Shown piece by piece: positions 10,483 to 20,446 of a DNA stretch of 64,000 bases. The DNA comes from a virus. The position numbers and the translations under genes are program-made. Position 1 is the stretch's first letter. Every line of letters starts with the position of its first letter. The notes below the pieces were generated by a model. That model was not told the DNA's origin, ran no database searches, and saw only the letters and a program-made list of their open reading frames with translations. The stretch is taken from IMG/VR virus record IMGVR_UViG_3300032285_003395, positions 33,666 through 97,665 of that record. The stretch is one strand, 5' to 3'.

Positions 10483-10583
10483 TTTTAATTATTTTTTAGA
10501 AAAAAAAAGTTTGTAAACTTAAAAATATAAATCTTTAAATTTACAAACTTAGTTTTTAAAATTATTTATTTTATTATAAAATT

Positions 10584-10862
10584 TTAATTTTTAATAACTG
10601 GTTTTTTTCTAGGTTTATTAGATTTTTTAATTGGTTTTTCCTCAATTGCAGGAACAGTTTTATTTTTAACATTACTGCTAATATCAATAGGATTCTTTTT
10701 CTTTTCTACAATTAAACTATGATATGCTTGGGTTAGTACATCAAGGTTTTTTTGTAATTCAGATTTTTCTTCTTTAAGTTTATTTATTAGTTTCCAAAAT
10801 TGCCAATTAGCTATTGCAGAAATAATAAAATAAAAACAAAAAATAATAATTTTAATTTCCAT
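10584..10862 (-). CDS. Membrane-anchored coiled-coil protein
   Basis: N-terminal TM, basic C-terminus. Confidence 0.55.
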   Translation of the reverse strand: MEIKIIIFCFYFIISAIANWQFWKLINKLKEEKSELQKNLDVLTQAYHSLIVEKKKNPIDISSNVKNKTVPAIEEKPIKKSNKPRKKPVIKN

Positions 10863-10906
10863 AAGTTTAAATTTTTAATTTTATTTTTTAATTAATTTTT
10901 AAGGTG

Positions 10907-10914
10907 CAAATATA
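10907..10914 (-). promoter_or_regulatory. Bacteroidota -7 promoter element (TATATTTG)
   Basis: Consensus match in an intergenic region. Confidence 0.55.
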
Positions 10915-10939
10915 ATAAAAATATTTTAAAATAAATTTT

Positions 10940-11389
10940 TTAATTACCTGTACTTCCATAACCACCCCAACCTCTTATTGAATCAGATAATTCATTTACT
11001 TCTTCCCAGTCTACTTCAGGATAAGGTAAAATAATTAATTGACCAACTCTATCTCCAAGTTCATATAAATTACCAGGAATAGCATCATCTTTTTTAACAA
11101 AATATTGGTAATTAGGTTTATACTTAAACATAATTTCCCCTCTATATCCGCTGTCCAAAATTCCAACGGAGTTTGTCAACATTAAATCTTTTTTACAATT
11201 AGAAGATCTAGGAAATAATAATCCTACAAATCCTTTAGGAATTTCCATAGCTAAGCCTGTTTTATAAACATAGTTACCATTAGTATCTAATTCTATTTCA
11301 GTACAGGTTAGATCCATTCCACCATCTCCAGGATTTGCATAAGAGGGTGTTACTGCATTTTTATTTAATTTTTTTATTCTTACTATCAT
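10940..11389 (-). CDS. dut: Trimeric dUTPase
   Basis: GMDL, PRSS, GILDSGYRGEI, GQL, RGxGGYGSTG. Confidence 0.95.
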   Translation of the reverse strand: MIVRIKKLNKNAVTPSYANPGDGGMDLTCTEIELDTNGNYVYKTGLAMEIPKGFVGLLFPRSSNCKKDLMLTNSVGILDSGYRGEIMFKYKPNYQYFVKKDDAIPGNLYELGDRVGQLIILPYPEVDWEEVNELSDSIRGWGGYGSTGN

Positions 11390-11390
11390 A

Positions 11391-11702
11391 TTAAATATCT
11401 TTAATTATATAAGTTTCATTTTTAGAACTACATGGTTCTTTAGTAATTAAATAACCTAATCTATTAACAATATGTAAACCTGATACAATATAAAGTTCAT
11501 CTTCTTCATCTATAATAGTCCACACATTTTCTTTAGGTTGGTTTTTTACATAATCAAATTCTTCATCAAAAGTTTCATACATACAACCACCAAAAGAACA
11601 CATATCTTCTGGTTTATAGATAGTATTATTAATTAAAATTTGATTATATTCTGGAGTGTATTTTTCATAAAAATCATCATCCGTTAATTCTATGTTACTC
11701 AT
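11391..11702 (-). CDS. Conserved phage hypothetical protein
   Basis: YETF..E...VWT...SGxHxVNRLGY motif. Confidence 0.6.
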   Translation of the reverse strand: MSNIELTDDDFYEKYTPEYNQILINNTIYKPEDMCSFGGCMYETFDEEFDYVKNQPKENVWTIIDEEDELYIVSGLHIVNRLGYLITKEPCSSKNETYIIKDI

Positions 11703-11704
11703 AA

Positions 11705-12700
11705 TTATTTGATTTTTAAAGTTATTTGATCTCTTAATAATCTTTCATTAATTATTTCTAATAACCTATTAGATCCTAAAAATTTAATAACATCTGAAGG
11801 GTCTTTTTCTTGCATAAAAGATGGATTATTAATATATTTTAATCTAGTATCAATTTCTAATGTTAATAATCTAGAGAATTTTTTACCAGCTTCATCATTA
11901 TTTAAGTAAACATAAATTGCTTCAAATTTACTAAATAAATCTTCTATAACAGGTAAGAAAATTTTATAACTATTTTCACTAGGTAAATTAAAAGCATCAT
12001 AACCTAATGCAGTTAAACACATAGTATCTTTTAAAGAAGATGTAATAAAACAAATATTAGTTTTATATTCTAACTTAGAATATCCTTCTAATATAGCTTT
12101 AATAGTTCTCCATTTTTGAAAAGATTTACCTATAGGATTATAAATTTTAAATAACTCATTATTTTCATAATACCCAAAAATAGGATTAAAGTTACTAGCT
12201 GAATAATTAATAATATTATTTTTTAATACATATTGTATAGGTTTAATTTCAAACTTGTTTAATATATCTAAATTAATTTGAAATTGATTCCAATAATTTA
12301 ATTCAATATTATTAAAAGATTTGGTAATTACACTATAATTAGATTTTTCTAATGTATTAGTTACTTTATCCAAAGTTAAAAGAGGAGCTTTTTGGAGCTC
12401 CCCTTGAACTTGAGATAAAAAATTACCTTTAACTTTATTACTATACTTTAAATCTAAATTAATTTTATTTATACTAGATTTTCTATCATTTAAATTATAT
12501 TGTTTATTTACAAACTCAATACAATCTAAATGGGTGGGCATAAAAGCCCAGTCCATAAAGAATAATGTATCATTTCTTTCTGTAAAATAACATTTTGGAG
12601 TTTTATCATTCCTTAAAGGATTTTTAAAACTTTTTTTAAGTTCAACAGGTCCAAAATAATAATTAAATATTTCATATTGTTGATCTAAAGTATATATCAT
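11705..12700 (-). CDS. DNA primase (TOPRIM, crAss-type)
   Basis: NPLRNDKTPKC N-domain; ITSSLKD; NNDEAG; KDPSD. Confidence 0.8.
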   Translation of the reverse strand: MIYTLDQQYEIFNYYFGPVELKKSFKNPLRNDKTPKCYFTERNDTLFFMDWAFMPTHLDCIEFVNKQYNLNDRKSSINKINLDLKYSNKVKGNFLSQVQGELQKAPLLTLDKVTNTLEKSNYSVITKSFNNIELNYWNQFQINLDILNKFEIKPIQYVLKNNIINYSASNFNPIFGYYENNELFKIYNPIGKSFQKWRTIKAILEGYSKLEYKTNICFITSSLKDTMCLTALGYDAFNLPSENSYKIFLPVIEDLFSKFEAIYVYLNNDEAGKKFSRLLTLEIDTRLKYINNPSFMQEKDPSDVIKFLGSNRLLEIINERLLRDQITLKIK

Positions 12701-12712
12701 AAATTGGTTTTA

Positions 12713-13543
12713 TTAAAATGCAAACGGATTATCTTCAGATAAAGTTTCAGCTTTTTGAGAAATTTCAGCTTTTACTGCTTCAATATTAAATTCTTCCAAA
12801 GTTTCAGAAATAGGTGCAATATTACCTGAGAAAGAACTATATTCTCCCATTAGTGCATCTATAATTTCTTTTGCTCCTTTTTTATTAGGATTATCTTTCA
12901 TAAATGCTTTAGAATATATTTCCATATCATAATAAGTATTGTTATCTACTTGTCTAGATTTAATACCTGCATAAACTTTAATAGTTTTATTTTCCAAAAC
13001 TAATTTTTGCAAATCAGAAAAATCTCCTTTAAACAAATTTTCTACTGGTAGAAATATTTGAGGAGTATCTCCATCTTTCAAAGTAAATTTAGATAATTCA
13101 GTTTCCCAATTCATTAGTTTAACAAAAAAGTCAACAACAATATCTTCTCCTTTAATACATTTTCTTGCATTATCAGTATAATACCAATTTTTATTTTTAT
13201 TTAAAATTGATAAATCTTCTACATAAGTAGCAAAACCTTGACCATTAATCATTTTAGTTTTACCAGAACGTGATACATCATATCTACCTTCTAACCAAAA
13301 TGTAATTTTAGTTTTAACATCTACTTTTGGAAGTATACCCCAAATATCAATTCTTAAAGATTTTACATCTTTACCATCAATATTTTTTGTAGTCAAATAT
13401 TGAGGCTCTGTATTAATTTGTCTATTTAAAAATGTTCCCAAATCTTTACTATTTGGGTTAATCATTAATGGTTGAAAAGATCCTACACCATAATATTTTT
13501 TAAATGTAGTTGTATTACTTGCTGTTTTTACGTTATTATTCAT
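12713..13543 (-). CDS. Putative single-stranded DNA-binding protein
   Basis: Between primase and AAA ATPase; acidic C-terminus ending in F (EDNPFAF). Confidence 0.5.
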   Translation of the reverse strand: MNNNVKTASNTTTFKKYYGVGSFQPLMINPNSKDLGTFLNRQINTEPQYLTTKNIDGKDVKSLRIDIWGILPKVDVKTKITFWLEGRYDVSRSGKTKMINGQGFATYVEDLSILNKNKNWYYTDNARKCIKGEDIVVDFFVKLMNWETELSKFTLKDGDTPQIFLPVENLFKGDFSDLQKLVLENKTIKVYAGIKSRQVDNNTYYDMEIYSKAFMKDNPNKKGAKEIIDALMGEYSSFSGNIAPISETLEEFNIEAVKAEISQKAETLSEDNPFAF

Positions 13544-13587
13544 ATTTATATTAAATTTAAAGTTGTTAATTTGTTAAAAATTGTTAA

Positions 13588-14325
13588 TTAGATAAATACC
13601 TGATCCCAAAAAGTTACTAACTCTTCATCTTGATCAAGTTCTGAAATTTTAAATTCTTTATTTCTTAAATGTTTACTTCTTGAGCCACCTATTACATCAT
13701 CTGTATGTGCAAAAGAAAGAATATTTGTATTTTTATTTTCAGGATCTCTATACATATAACCTATAGCATCCACTCTTAAAGCTAGTAAATCTTTTAATTT
13801 ACCTTCCAAATTTAATTCTTTAATAGTTTGACCAGTTGCACTAACAGATTTATCTGCAACGTGACCTACAACAATTAAAGTTTTACAGAATTTAGTAAAA
13901 AATTCCATAATTTTAAATAGAGCTTCTCTTTTGTAAACTTGACCCTTACCATAAGCCAGTTTATCTACATCAAAATCTAGAGATTCATTTTTATTTTCTT
14001 CTCTATTATAAGATCTAACTGCCAATTGATTCAAAACTTTCTCTTTTAAAGAAGTTACAGTATCAATAATAATATAATTATATTGAGGTTTTTGTTCTGA
14101 AAATGCTTGAATGATTGTATCAAACTCTGTAATATTTGTCATATTAACTTTTGTACACTCATAAAAATCAGCACCACCTTCCATATCTAATATTAAAGAA
14201 TTTGGTAGTTTAGAAAGAGCATGGGTTTTACCAGTTTTCTTTTGACTGAAAATTACCATAGTTCTTGGATTTACTACACTTGGTTTTTGAGGTGTAGTAG
14301 GTAATAAAAAATTTGCTTTACTCAT
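13588..14325 (-). CDS. AAA_24/Sak4-like ATPase
   Basis: Walker A KKTGKT, LILDMEGG, Walker B IIIDT. Confidence 0.8.
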   Translation of the reverse strand: MSKANFLLPTTPQKPSVVNPRTMVIFSQKKTGKTHALSKLPNSLILDMEGGADFYECTKVNMTNITEFDTIIQAFSEQKPQYNYIIIDTVTSLKEKVLNQLAVRSYNREENKNESLDFDVDKLAYGKGQVYKREALFKIMEFFTKFCKTLIVVGHVADKSVSATGQTIKELNLEGKLKDLLALRVDAIGYMYRDPENKNTNILSFAHTDDVIGGSRSKHLRNKEFKISELDQDEELVTFWDQVFI

Positions 14326-15436
14326 TTAAAATTGAATTTTTTTTATTAATAAATTGAGAAATAGCTAAACTATCACTAGGTTTAGGCAAAGATTCAAATG
14401 AAAATCCTTTTGGATTAAAAAAAATAGGTTCTGCAACTCCAGTTCTGCCAAATCTATTTTTACACATGTGAATTGATCTAAAACAATCTTCTAACCCATT
14501 AGATTTATCAGATTCTAAAATTTGATAACCATAATAATTATTTAGCTTATGTTTGTAAGGAGAAAATAATCCTAAAATAACTTGATAAGATCTAGCTACT
14601 TTAATATTGTCTCCTAACTTTTGTGGCTCTGGCTCTAATCTACCTGCTTTAAAATGGTTTAAGTCACCAGCTGCCATTTGTTGTTGTTGAACACAACATA
14701 CATGCCAATTCCAATGTTTAGACATTTGTTTTCTGGCATAAGAATTTACCATTCTGTCAATACTTCCAGACAAATCCAAAGCAATTCCTAAATCATTTTT
14801 CTCTGGTTCTAAGATATTAACATTATCTATAACCACAGCAACAATTTCATTAGGATTATTAGGTTCATAATGACTATAAACTTCCATTGGACCATCTTTT
14901 GTATCAATAGTTTTATGTATGTGTTTGCCTCTAGAATAAGATAAATTCCTACATTGTTTATAAATACCTGTAGGATTTGATGTATGATCATCAAATATTA
15001 TAAATTTTTTTACTAAATTAAAATAATTTTGTATTATATCAGACTCAATTAATTTAATTGTAGTATCATCTAGTTGATTTACCCTAGATAATAATTCATC
15101 TTGGGTTTTATTGACATTGTAATATTTAGCTAAAGCATACTGAATAATACTAATGTCAAATTCTTCCACTGATTCTTCAAGACCAAACCAATAACATACA
15201 TAATCTAAATCAGATTGGTTGTTTAAAGATAACATATAGTCTGCAACACTAAATACATATAAATACTTAGCTAAAGAAGTTTTACCAACAGAAGTTTCTG
15301 CAGTAACACAAACCAAAGCTCCTGGAAAAATACCACTAAAGTATTTTTTCATACCATTAAATGGATTAGGTATACAATTAATATATCCATCTATTAGTTG
15401 TTGTTTGTTTTGTTTAATTACATTTAATACTTCCAT
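14318..15436 (-). CDS. dnaB: Replicative DnaB-like helicase
   Basis: AETSVGKT, VVIDN, KNRFG. Confidence 0.8.
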   Translation of the reverse strand: MEVLNVIKQNKQQLIDGYINCIPNPFNGMKKYFSGIFPGALVCVTAETSVGKTSLAKYLYVFSVADYMLSLNNQSDLDYVCYWFGLEESVEEFDISIIQYALAKYYNVNKTQDELLSRVNQLDDTTIKLIESDIIQNYFNLVKKFIIFDDHTSNPTGIYKQCRNLSYSRGKHIHKTIDTKDGPMEVYSHYEPNNPNEIVAVVIDNVNILEPEKNDLGIALDLSGSIDRMVNSYARKQMSKHWNWHVCCVQQQQMAAGDLNHFKAGRLEPEPQKLGDNIKVARSYQVILGLFSPYKHKLNNYYGYQILESDKSNGLEDCFRSIHMCKNRFGRTGVAEPIFFNPKGFSFESLPKPSDSLAISQFINKKNSILNE

Positions 15437-15936
15437 TAGAATACTAATTTATCGTTTTTAATAAAAACTCCTTTACGCATTTCTAAAATATTATCTAACA
15501 ATAAACTTCCACCATTTTTTTCTATAAAATATTGGGCATCTAGGGAGAAGACTAAATTACCATTATTTCTACAGTTTTCATGATAAAAATCTACTGCTTT
15601 TAAAATTTCCTCAGAAGATGTTTTATATTTATTAATAAATACTTCTAGTTTTTTCTTAATTAAAGATTTTGGACTAAAAGATATTTTACTAATACCTAAA
15701 ATATTTTGAGTAAATTTTTCATAATAATTTTCTACAAAATCATCTGTAACATTAGTTACATATTTTGTACCATTAAGTACAGAGCTACCTAAATTTGTTA
15801 ATTCAAAGTTAGATAACTCTGTGTTAGACTCATTCCCATCTATAAATCTAATTAACCCATTTCTTAATAATGGATTAGGAAATTTACATTTAGGATAATT
15901 GATTAATAATTTTCCTATTTCCTCAACTGTAATCAT
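15436..15936 (-). CDS. Hypothetical protein upstream of the helicase (possible loader or initiator)
   Basis: Translationally coupled to the helicase. Confidence 0.45.
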   Translation of the reverse strand: MITVEEIGKLLINYPKCKFPNPLLRNGLIRFIDGNESNTELSNFELTNLGSSVLNGTKYVTNVTDDFVENYYEKFTQNILGISKISFSPKSLIKKKLEVFINKYKTSSEEILKAVDFYHENCRNNGNLVFSLDAQYFIEKNGGSLLLDNILEMRKGVFIKNDKLVF

Positions 15937-15987
15937 TTAATATTTAATCAATTTTTATTTAATAATTATAATTTTTAAATTATAAAA

Positions 15988-16329
15988 TTAAAAGAAACCA
16001 TTATTTTCTTCTTCTTCATTAGTAGGAAATATACCTGGAAAAAAATATTCTTCTTCCTCTTTTGTATCTATAGACATCTGATAAGATAGTTCTTCTAAAA
16101 TTTTATTTAATGAAATATTTGAAGAATCCAAAACTACTAATCTATTAGATTCACTATGAAAATTGTCAGTATCTTTTTTTAAGAATTTTGTTATTTCATT
16201 TTTAATACTAGATAATGGCATATAATCATCATTAAAAAATATTGTAAAATTTGATACTAATTCTTCATCTTTATAATTTAAATTATTATTTGACATAAAT
16301 AATAAAATCTCATTAATTGTTTTTGCCAT
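15988..16329 (-). CDS. Hypothetical acidic protein
   Basis: ORF. Confidence 0.5.
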   Translation of the reverse strand: MAKTINEILLFMSNNNLNYKDEELVSNFTIFFNDDYMPLSSIKNEITKFLKKDTDNFHSESNRLVVLDSSNISLNKILEELSYQMSIDTKEEEEYFFPGIFPTNEEEENNGFF

Positions 16330-16552
16330 GATAATTATTTAATTCATTAAAAATTTGTTGGTATTGCTGTTGTTCTAAATAATCATTGTACAAAGATACA
16401 AAAATTTCATGATTATTTAGTATTAAATTTACATTTTCATTATTATTTTTTTTATCTATAATTATTAATTCAGTTAATATTTTAGAATTATTAATTTCAA
16501 TCTCAGATAATTTATTGATAACCTGAGAATTGTTCTGGATTATTTTTAACAT
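16313..16552 (-). CDS. Hypothetical protein (start uncertain)
   Basis: ORF overlapping both neighbours. Confidence 0.35.
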   Translation of the reverse strand: MLKIIQNNSQVINKLSEIEINNSKILTELIIIDKKNNNENVNLILNNHEIFVSLYNDYLEQQQYQQIFNELNNYHGKNN

Positions 16553-16898
16553 AATATTTATAAATTTCTAAAAAGAATTTCCAATCCATAGAAGCAATAT
16601 CTACTCTACCCATCTTATGTCTTAAAATATAAGGATGTTTATGAATTGGATCATTTTTGGGATAATGTTGTTCTAAAAGTTGTTTACTTTCATCTCTTAA
16701 TACATCCCACTTGGGTCTATTATTTATATAACCCATTTTACATTGTATATTAAGTGGCAAAAAAGCCAAATCAATTTTACAACTATCTAATAAATGAGAA
16801 GCATTTCTTGAAGTTTTAGTTTTAGGAAATACATCTCTAAGGTCTTTTACAGTTAATTGCTCTAATAGGTGACCTTTTCTTCTATATTTATTACTCAT
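16512..16898 (-). CDS. Holliday junction resolvase-like PD-(D/E)XK nuclease
   Basis: RKGHxxE...ID...IQCK. Confidence 0.7.
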   Translation of the reverse strand: MSNKYRRKGHLLEQLTVKDLRDVFPKTKTSRNASHLLDSCKIDLAFLPLNIQCKMGYINNRPKWDVLRDESKQLLEQHYPKNDPIHKHPYILRHKMGRVDIASMDWKFFLEIYKYYVKNNPEQFSGYQ

Positions 16899-16948
16899 TA
16901 TTTAATCATATTTTATATGTTTTAATTAAGAAATATTTTTTACATAAT

Positions 16949-18979
16949 TTATTTTGCTTCATACCAAGAGTTTCCTATATTGGCATCTGCATTCATTTTT
17001 AAAATAGGATTTTTTAAGAAAAAATTACCTCCTTTTCTCATACTATCTTGTACAACATGTTTATAAGTTTCTACTAAAGAATCTTCTACTTCTAACAATA
17101 TTTCATCATGAATTACATTAGCAATTCTAGCTTTCCAATAGTGATTATGTTCTTCTATATAATTAAAAATTAATATAGTAGCAAATTTAGTTTGATGTGC
17201 TGATGTACCTTGAGTAGGAGCATTTAAACAAAGTCTAAAATATTGAGATTTTAAACTAAAATATTCACTTATTTCATGTTTATTATTTAAAAATAAATTA
17301 TATGCTGTAGTATTTTGAATAACATATTCTTCATTTTTTAATTTAGCTTCTTTATTATTTTTATACTCTTGTTTACCTTCTCTATAAATGGTCCAAAAGT
17401 CATTATCAAGTTTAGAAATATAATTATGTAATTTAGTAAATCTATCAAATTTAGGTAATCTTAATTTAAAACCAAGAGCATATTCAATATATCCTAATTC
17501 AATAGATTCTTTTAATTTTTTATTACCATATTCATAAACTCCAGAATGTAATTCTTTAAATAAATTTTCTAATCTCATACCTTCTTCAAGTGGTATACCT
17601 TCATTCATAGCTACAGTATAACCTGTACCACCATAAGTAAAAGCAAACCTAGGTGCTTTGGCAGAGTTTCTTTTATTTTTGTGTTCTTTTTTAATTATAT
17701 CATCAGGTAAATCTTTAATTTCTGGATATAATAATTTAGCAAAAGCACAATGAAGATCTAATCCATCTGTAATAGATTTAATTAATGCTATATCTCCTGT
17801 TAAATCTGCACCAACAACATTTTCTTGACCTTCATAATCACAACAAATCATTTTAAATCCTGGATTAGCAGTAAAACAATCTCTTGTTTCTGAATTAGCT
17901 GGAAAATTTAAAAAGTTTATTTCACCTTTTCTTGATGCAATTCTAGCAGTATCTAATATAGGTTTAAATCTAGTATATATTCTATTATTTTGAATTTTAG
18001 AATAAATACTATCTCCAAAAGTAGTTACATTATGTTCTGTTTCTTTAAAGTTTAACCAAAGTTTTACAAATGGATGTTTACTTTTAGAAATAACAGATTT
18101 TTCTAAACTTTCTTTAATAACATTTTTTTCATTAATTTCAACATTAATACCAAAGTCTTTAAACACTGGTATCATTTGTTGAGGAGAAGATAATAAACAA
18201 GTAATTTTATTTTCAGTAGAAAACAAATTTAATTGCAAATTTCTATATTTAGGTAAATAATTAAAAATATAATCTGTAACTAATTGTTCACATTCTTTAT
18301 ATTTTTTATAATCATTATCCATTTTATTTTTCCATTTTTCTACAGATATAGGTAACCCACATAGTTCCATATAAGTTAATGCTCTTATATGTTGACAATG
18401 TAAATTATAACTTTCTATAGCTTTGTATTCTTCTAATTTTTTTACATAAACTGAATGTAATTCAAGTAATTTATCTACATCATTAAAACAATATTCAATA
18501 ACAGATGATTTACTTAATTTAACATTATAAATGTTAGCTTGTTCTGTTTTATCATAATTAATATTTAATTCTCTTAACATACATTCTTTAAATGAATGTC
18601 TTATAAAAGAATTTCCATTATAATAAATCATAGAAGCTAACATAGTATCTTTTACTTTTTTTAAAAAGTAATTTTTAACAAAAAAGAAAGATAAATCAAA
18701 TGCAGCATTATGAAATACTAAAGTTTTATCTTTTATAAAAGGAATTACTTCTGATAAATAAATAGATTTATTTTCTTTATAAATTTGTAAATCTATAAGA
18801 TAATTATTAAATCCAGTACCTATTTGAATAGAAAATATTTCATCTATTTTTGGATCTAAACCTGTAGTTTCTGTATCCATAGCTATTATATCAGGTAAAA
18901 CCATATCTTCTAATGAACAATAATTATAATTACCAATTTTTGTAAAAAAATCTTTATTTTTGGTTATAATATAATTCAT
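16949..18979 (-). CDS. polA: Family A DNA polymerase with 3'-5' exonuclease
   Basis: Exo DTETTG/HNAAFD/YCFND; motif A DYEGQE; motif B RxxAKxxxFxxxYG; motif C HDE. Confidence 0.95.
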   Translation of the reverse strand: MNYIITKNKDFFTKIGNYNYCSLEDMVLPDIIAMDTETTGLDPKIDEIFSIQIGTGFNNYLIDLQIYKENKSIYLSEVIPFIKDKTLVFHNAAFDLSFFFVKNYFLKKVKDTMLASMIYYNGNSFIRHSFKECMLRELNINYDKTEQANIYNVKLSKSSVIEYCFNDVDKLLELHSVYVKKLEEYKAIESYNLHCQHIRALTYMELCGLPISVEKWKNKMDNDYKKYKECEQLVTDYIFNYLPKYRNLQLNLFSTENKITCLLSSPQQMIPVFKDFGINVEINEKNVIKESLEKSVISKSKHPFVKLWLNFKETEHNVTTFGDSIYSKIQNNRIYTRFKPILDTARIASRKGEINFLNFPANSETRDCFTANPGFKMICCDYEGQENVVGADLTGDIALIKSITDGLDLHCAFAKLLYPEIKDLPDDIIKKEHKNKRNSAKAPRFAFTYGGTGYTVAMNEGIPLEEGMRLENLFKELHSGVYEYGNKKLKESIELGYIEYALGFKLRLPKFDRFTKLHNYISKLDNDFWTIYREGKQEYKNNKEAKLKNEEYVIQNTTAYNLFLNNKHEISEYFSLKSQYFRLCLNAPTQGTSAHQTKFATILIFNYIEEHNHYWKARIANVIHDEILLEVEDSLVETYKHVVQDSMRKGGNFFLKNPILKMNADANIGNSWYEAK

Positions 18980-19635
18980 TATGTATATTTTTTTAATAGT
19001 TGAAAATCTTTAAAAGTAATAGGATTAAAATTTTCAGGATCATAAGTTTCTTTATCTATAGATAATTTTAAAAATGGATGAGGAATATTTTTAATATGTA
19101 ATTCAGATTGAATTATTTTATATAAACCTTCTTTTTTAATTAAATTATTTATAAAATTACTTACTATATCAGAAGAATGTAAAGGTTTCATACTTTTATA
19201 CAATCCTTTTAATAATAAATTTACATGAATATTAAATATTTCATTATCTGGTTTTATTGCAAATACATGATGTAAATCATTTTCATAATAATCTAATGTT
19301 TGTGGTATTTCTTCTAATACTTCTAATATAGTTACATTGTTCTTATTAAAATTAACATTAGGTAAATACTTAACATCTTTTTTAAATACTAAATAAATAA
19401 CATCACTTGCATAATTATATTCAACTTCTTTATTAAATAAATAAGAATTAATTAAATTTTCATTATGCAAGTATGTTAAAGTGGATAAATTGTTAGAAAT
19501 ATTTTTAAAAATATTTATATGATTTAACAAAAACAAAGAAGTTTGAGTTATCTTTAAATCTTCTAATTCTTTAAAAAAATATGTCTGATGTGGATTCTTC
19601 AAGGTCATTCCAATCATTTTTAATGTATTTTTCAA
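18979..19635 (-). CDS. Hypothetical protein
   Basis: ORF coupled to polA; start uncertain. Confidence 0.5.
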   Translation of the reverse strand: MKNTLKMIGMTLKNPHQTYFFKELEDLKITQTSLFLLNHINIFKNISNNLSTLTYLHNENLINSYLFNKEVEYNYASDVIYLVFKKDVKYLPNVNFNKNNVTILEVLEEIPQTLDYYENDLHHVFAIKPDNEIFNIHVNLLLKGLYKSMKPLHSSDIVSNFINNLIKKEGLYKIIQSELHIKNIPHPFLKLSIDKETYDPENFNPITFKDFQLLKKYT

Positions 19636-20446
19636 TTAAATCTAATGCATCGTCTATTAATACTTTACCTTGAATTTCATCTTTATATGATAGAGGATAT
19701 ATTAGTGGTTCATCTATTTTTACAGAGTTACAAACTACCCAATGAAATGGGCGTAAAGTATAATCACCATAACCATTCTTTTCCATAAAATCTTCTATTC
19801 CCATTAAATATAACTTACCTTGTAAATGATAATAATATTTTTTAACTGACTCAGGAAATTGTGGAGGATAACTGCTAGATTTTAAATCTGTTACAATTAT
19901 TTCTTTATTTGCTTTATCAATTTTTAAATAATCTAATTTAACTAAAAAATTAAAATCTCTATATTTAAATTCCCATTTAAATTGTGCTTCACCTTCAGAA
20001 AATAAAAAATTAACTTTTTCATCTTTCTTTAAGTAAGTACCTATTTCTTTTCCTAAATCAAAATTATCTTTTAATATTTTATTTTTAGGATCTTTAAAAT
20101 AGCTAATATAATCTGGATAACTTAATACAGTATTTAATATTTTTTCATAATTCTTAGATTTTACATTTAATGAAGTAGCAGCTTCTTCAACTGATTCTAA
20201 ATTAAATTCTTTTTGATTGTTAATAATAAATTCTATAATAAATTTTATTTGTGGTTTAGGAAGCTCAATATCTAATATTTCTTCCGTAAACTCTTCATTA
20301 AATACTACTTTATCAATTACAGTTCCTTTTTCCAAAAAAGAAGATTTTTTATAAACTGGGTTTAAAAAAGAATCTTTACCTTCTTTTAATAATCTACTCA
20401 AGGAACTGTAACTTAATCTTAGTGTTTCTTTATTAGGTGTTTGCAT
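19571..20446 (-). CDS. PD-(D/E)XK exonuclease (RecE/DUF3799-like)
   Basis: LSYSSL, KLD, DLKSS, YxxQxxxY; start moved to the ATG at 20446. Confidence 0.75.
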   Translation of the reverse strand: MQTPNKETLRLSYSSLSRLLKEGKDSFLNPVYKKSSFLEKGTVIDKVVFNEEFTEEILDIELPKPQIKFIIEFIINNQKEFNLESVEEAATSLNVKSKNYEKILNTVLSYPDYISYFKDPKNKILKDNFDLGKEIGTYLKKDEKVNFLFSEGEAQFKWEFKYRDFNFLVKLDYLKIDKANKEIIVTDLKSSSYPPQFPESVKKYYYHLQGKLYLMGIEDFMEKNGYGDYTLRPFHWVVCNSVKIDEPLIYPLSYKDEIQGKVLIDDALDLIEKYIKNDWNDLEESTSDIFF

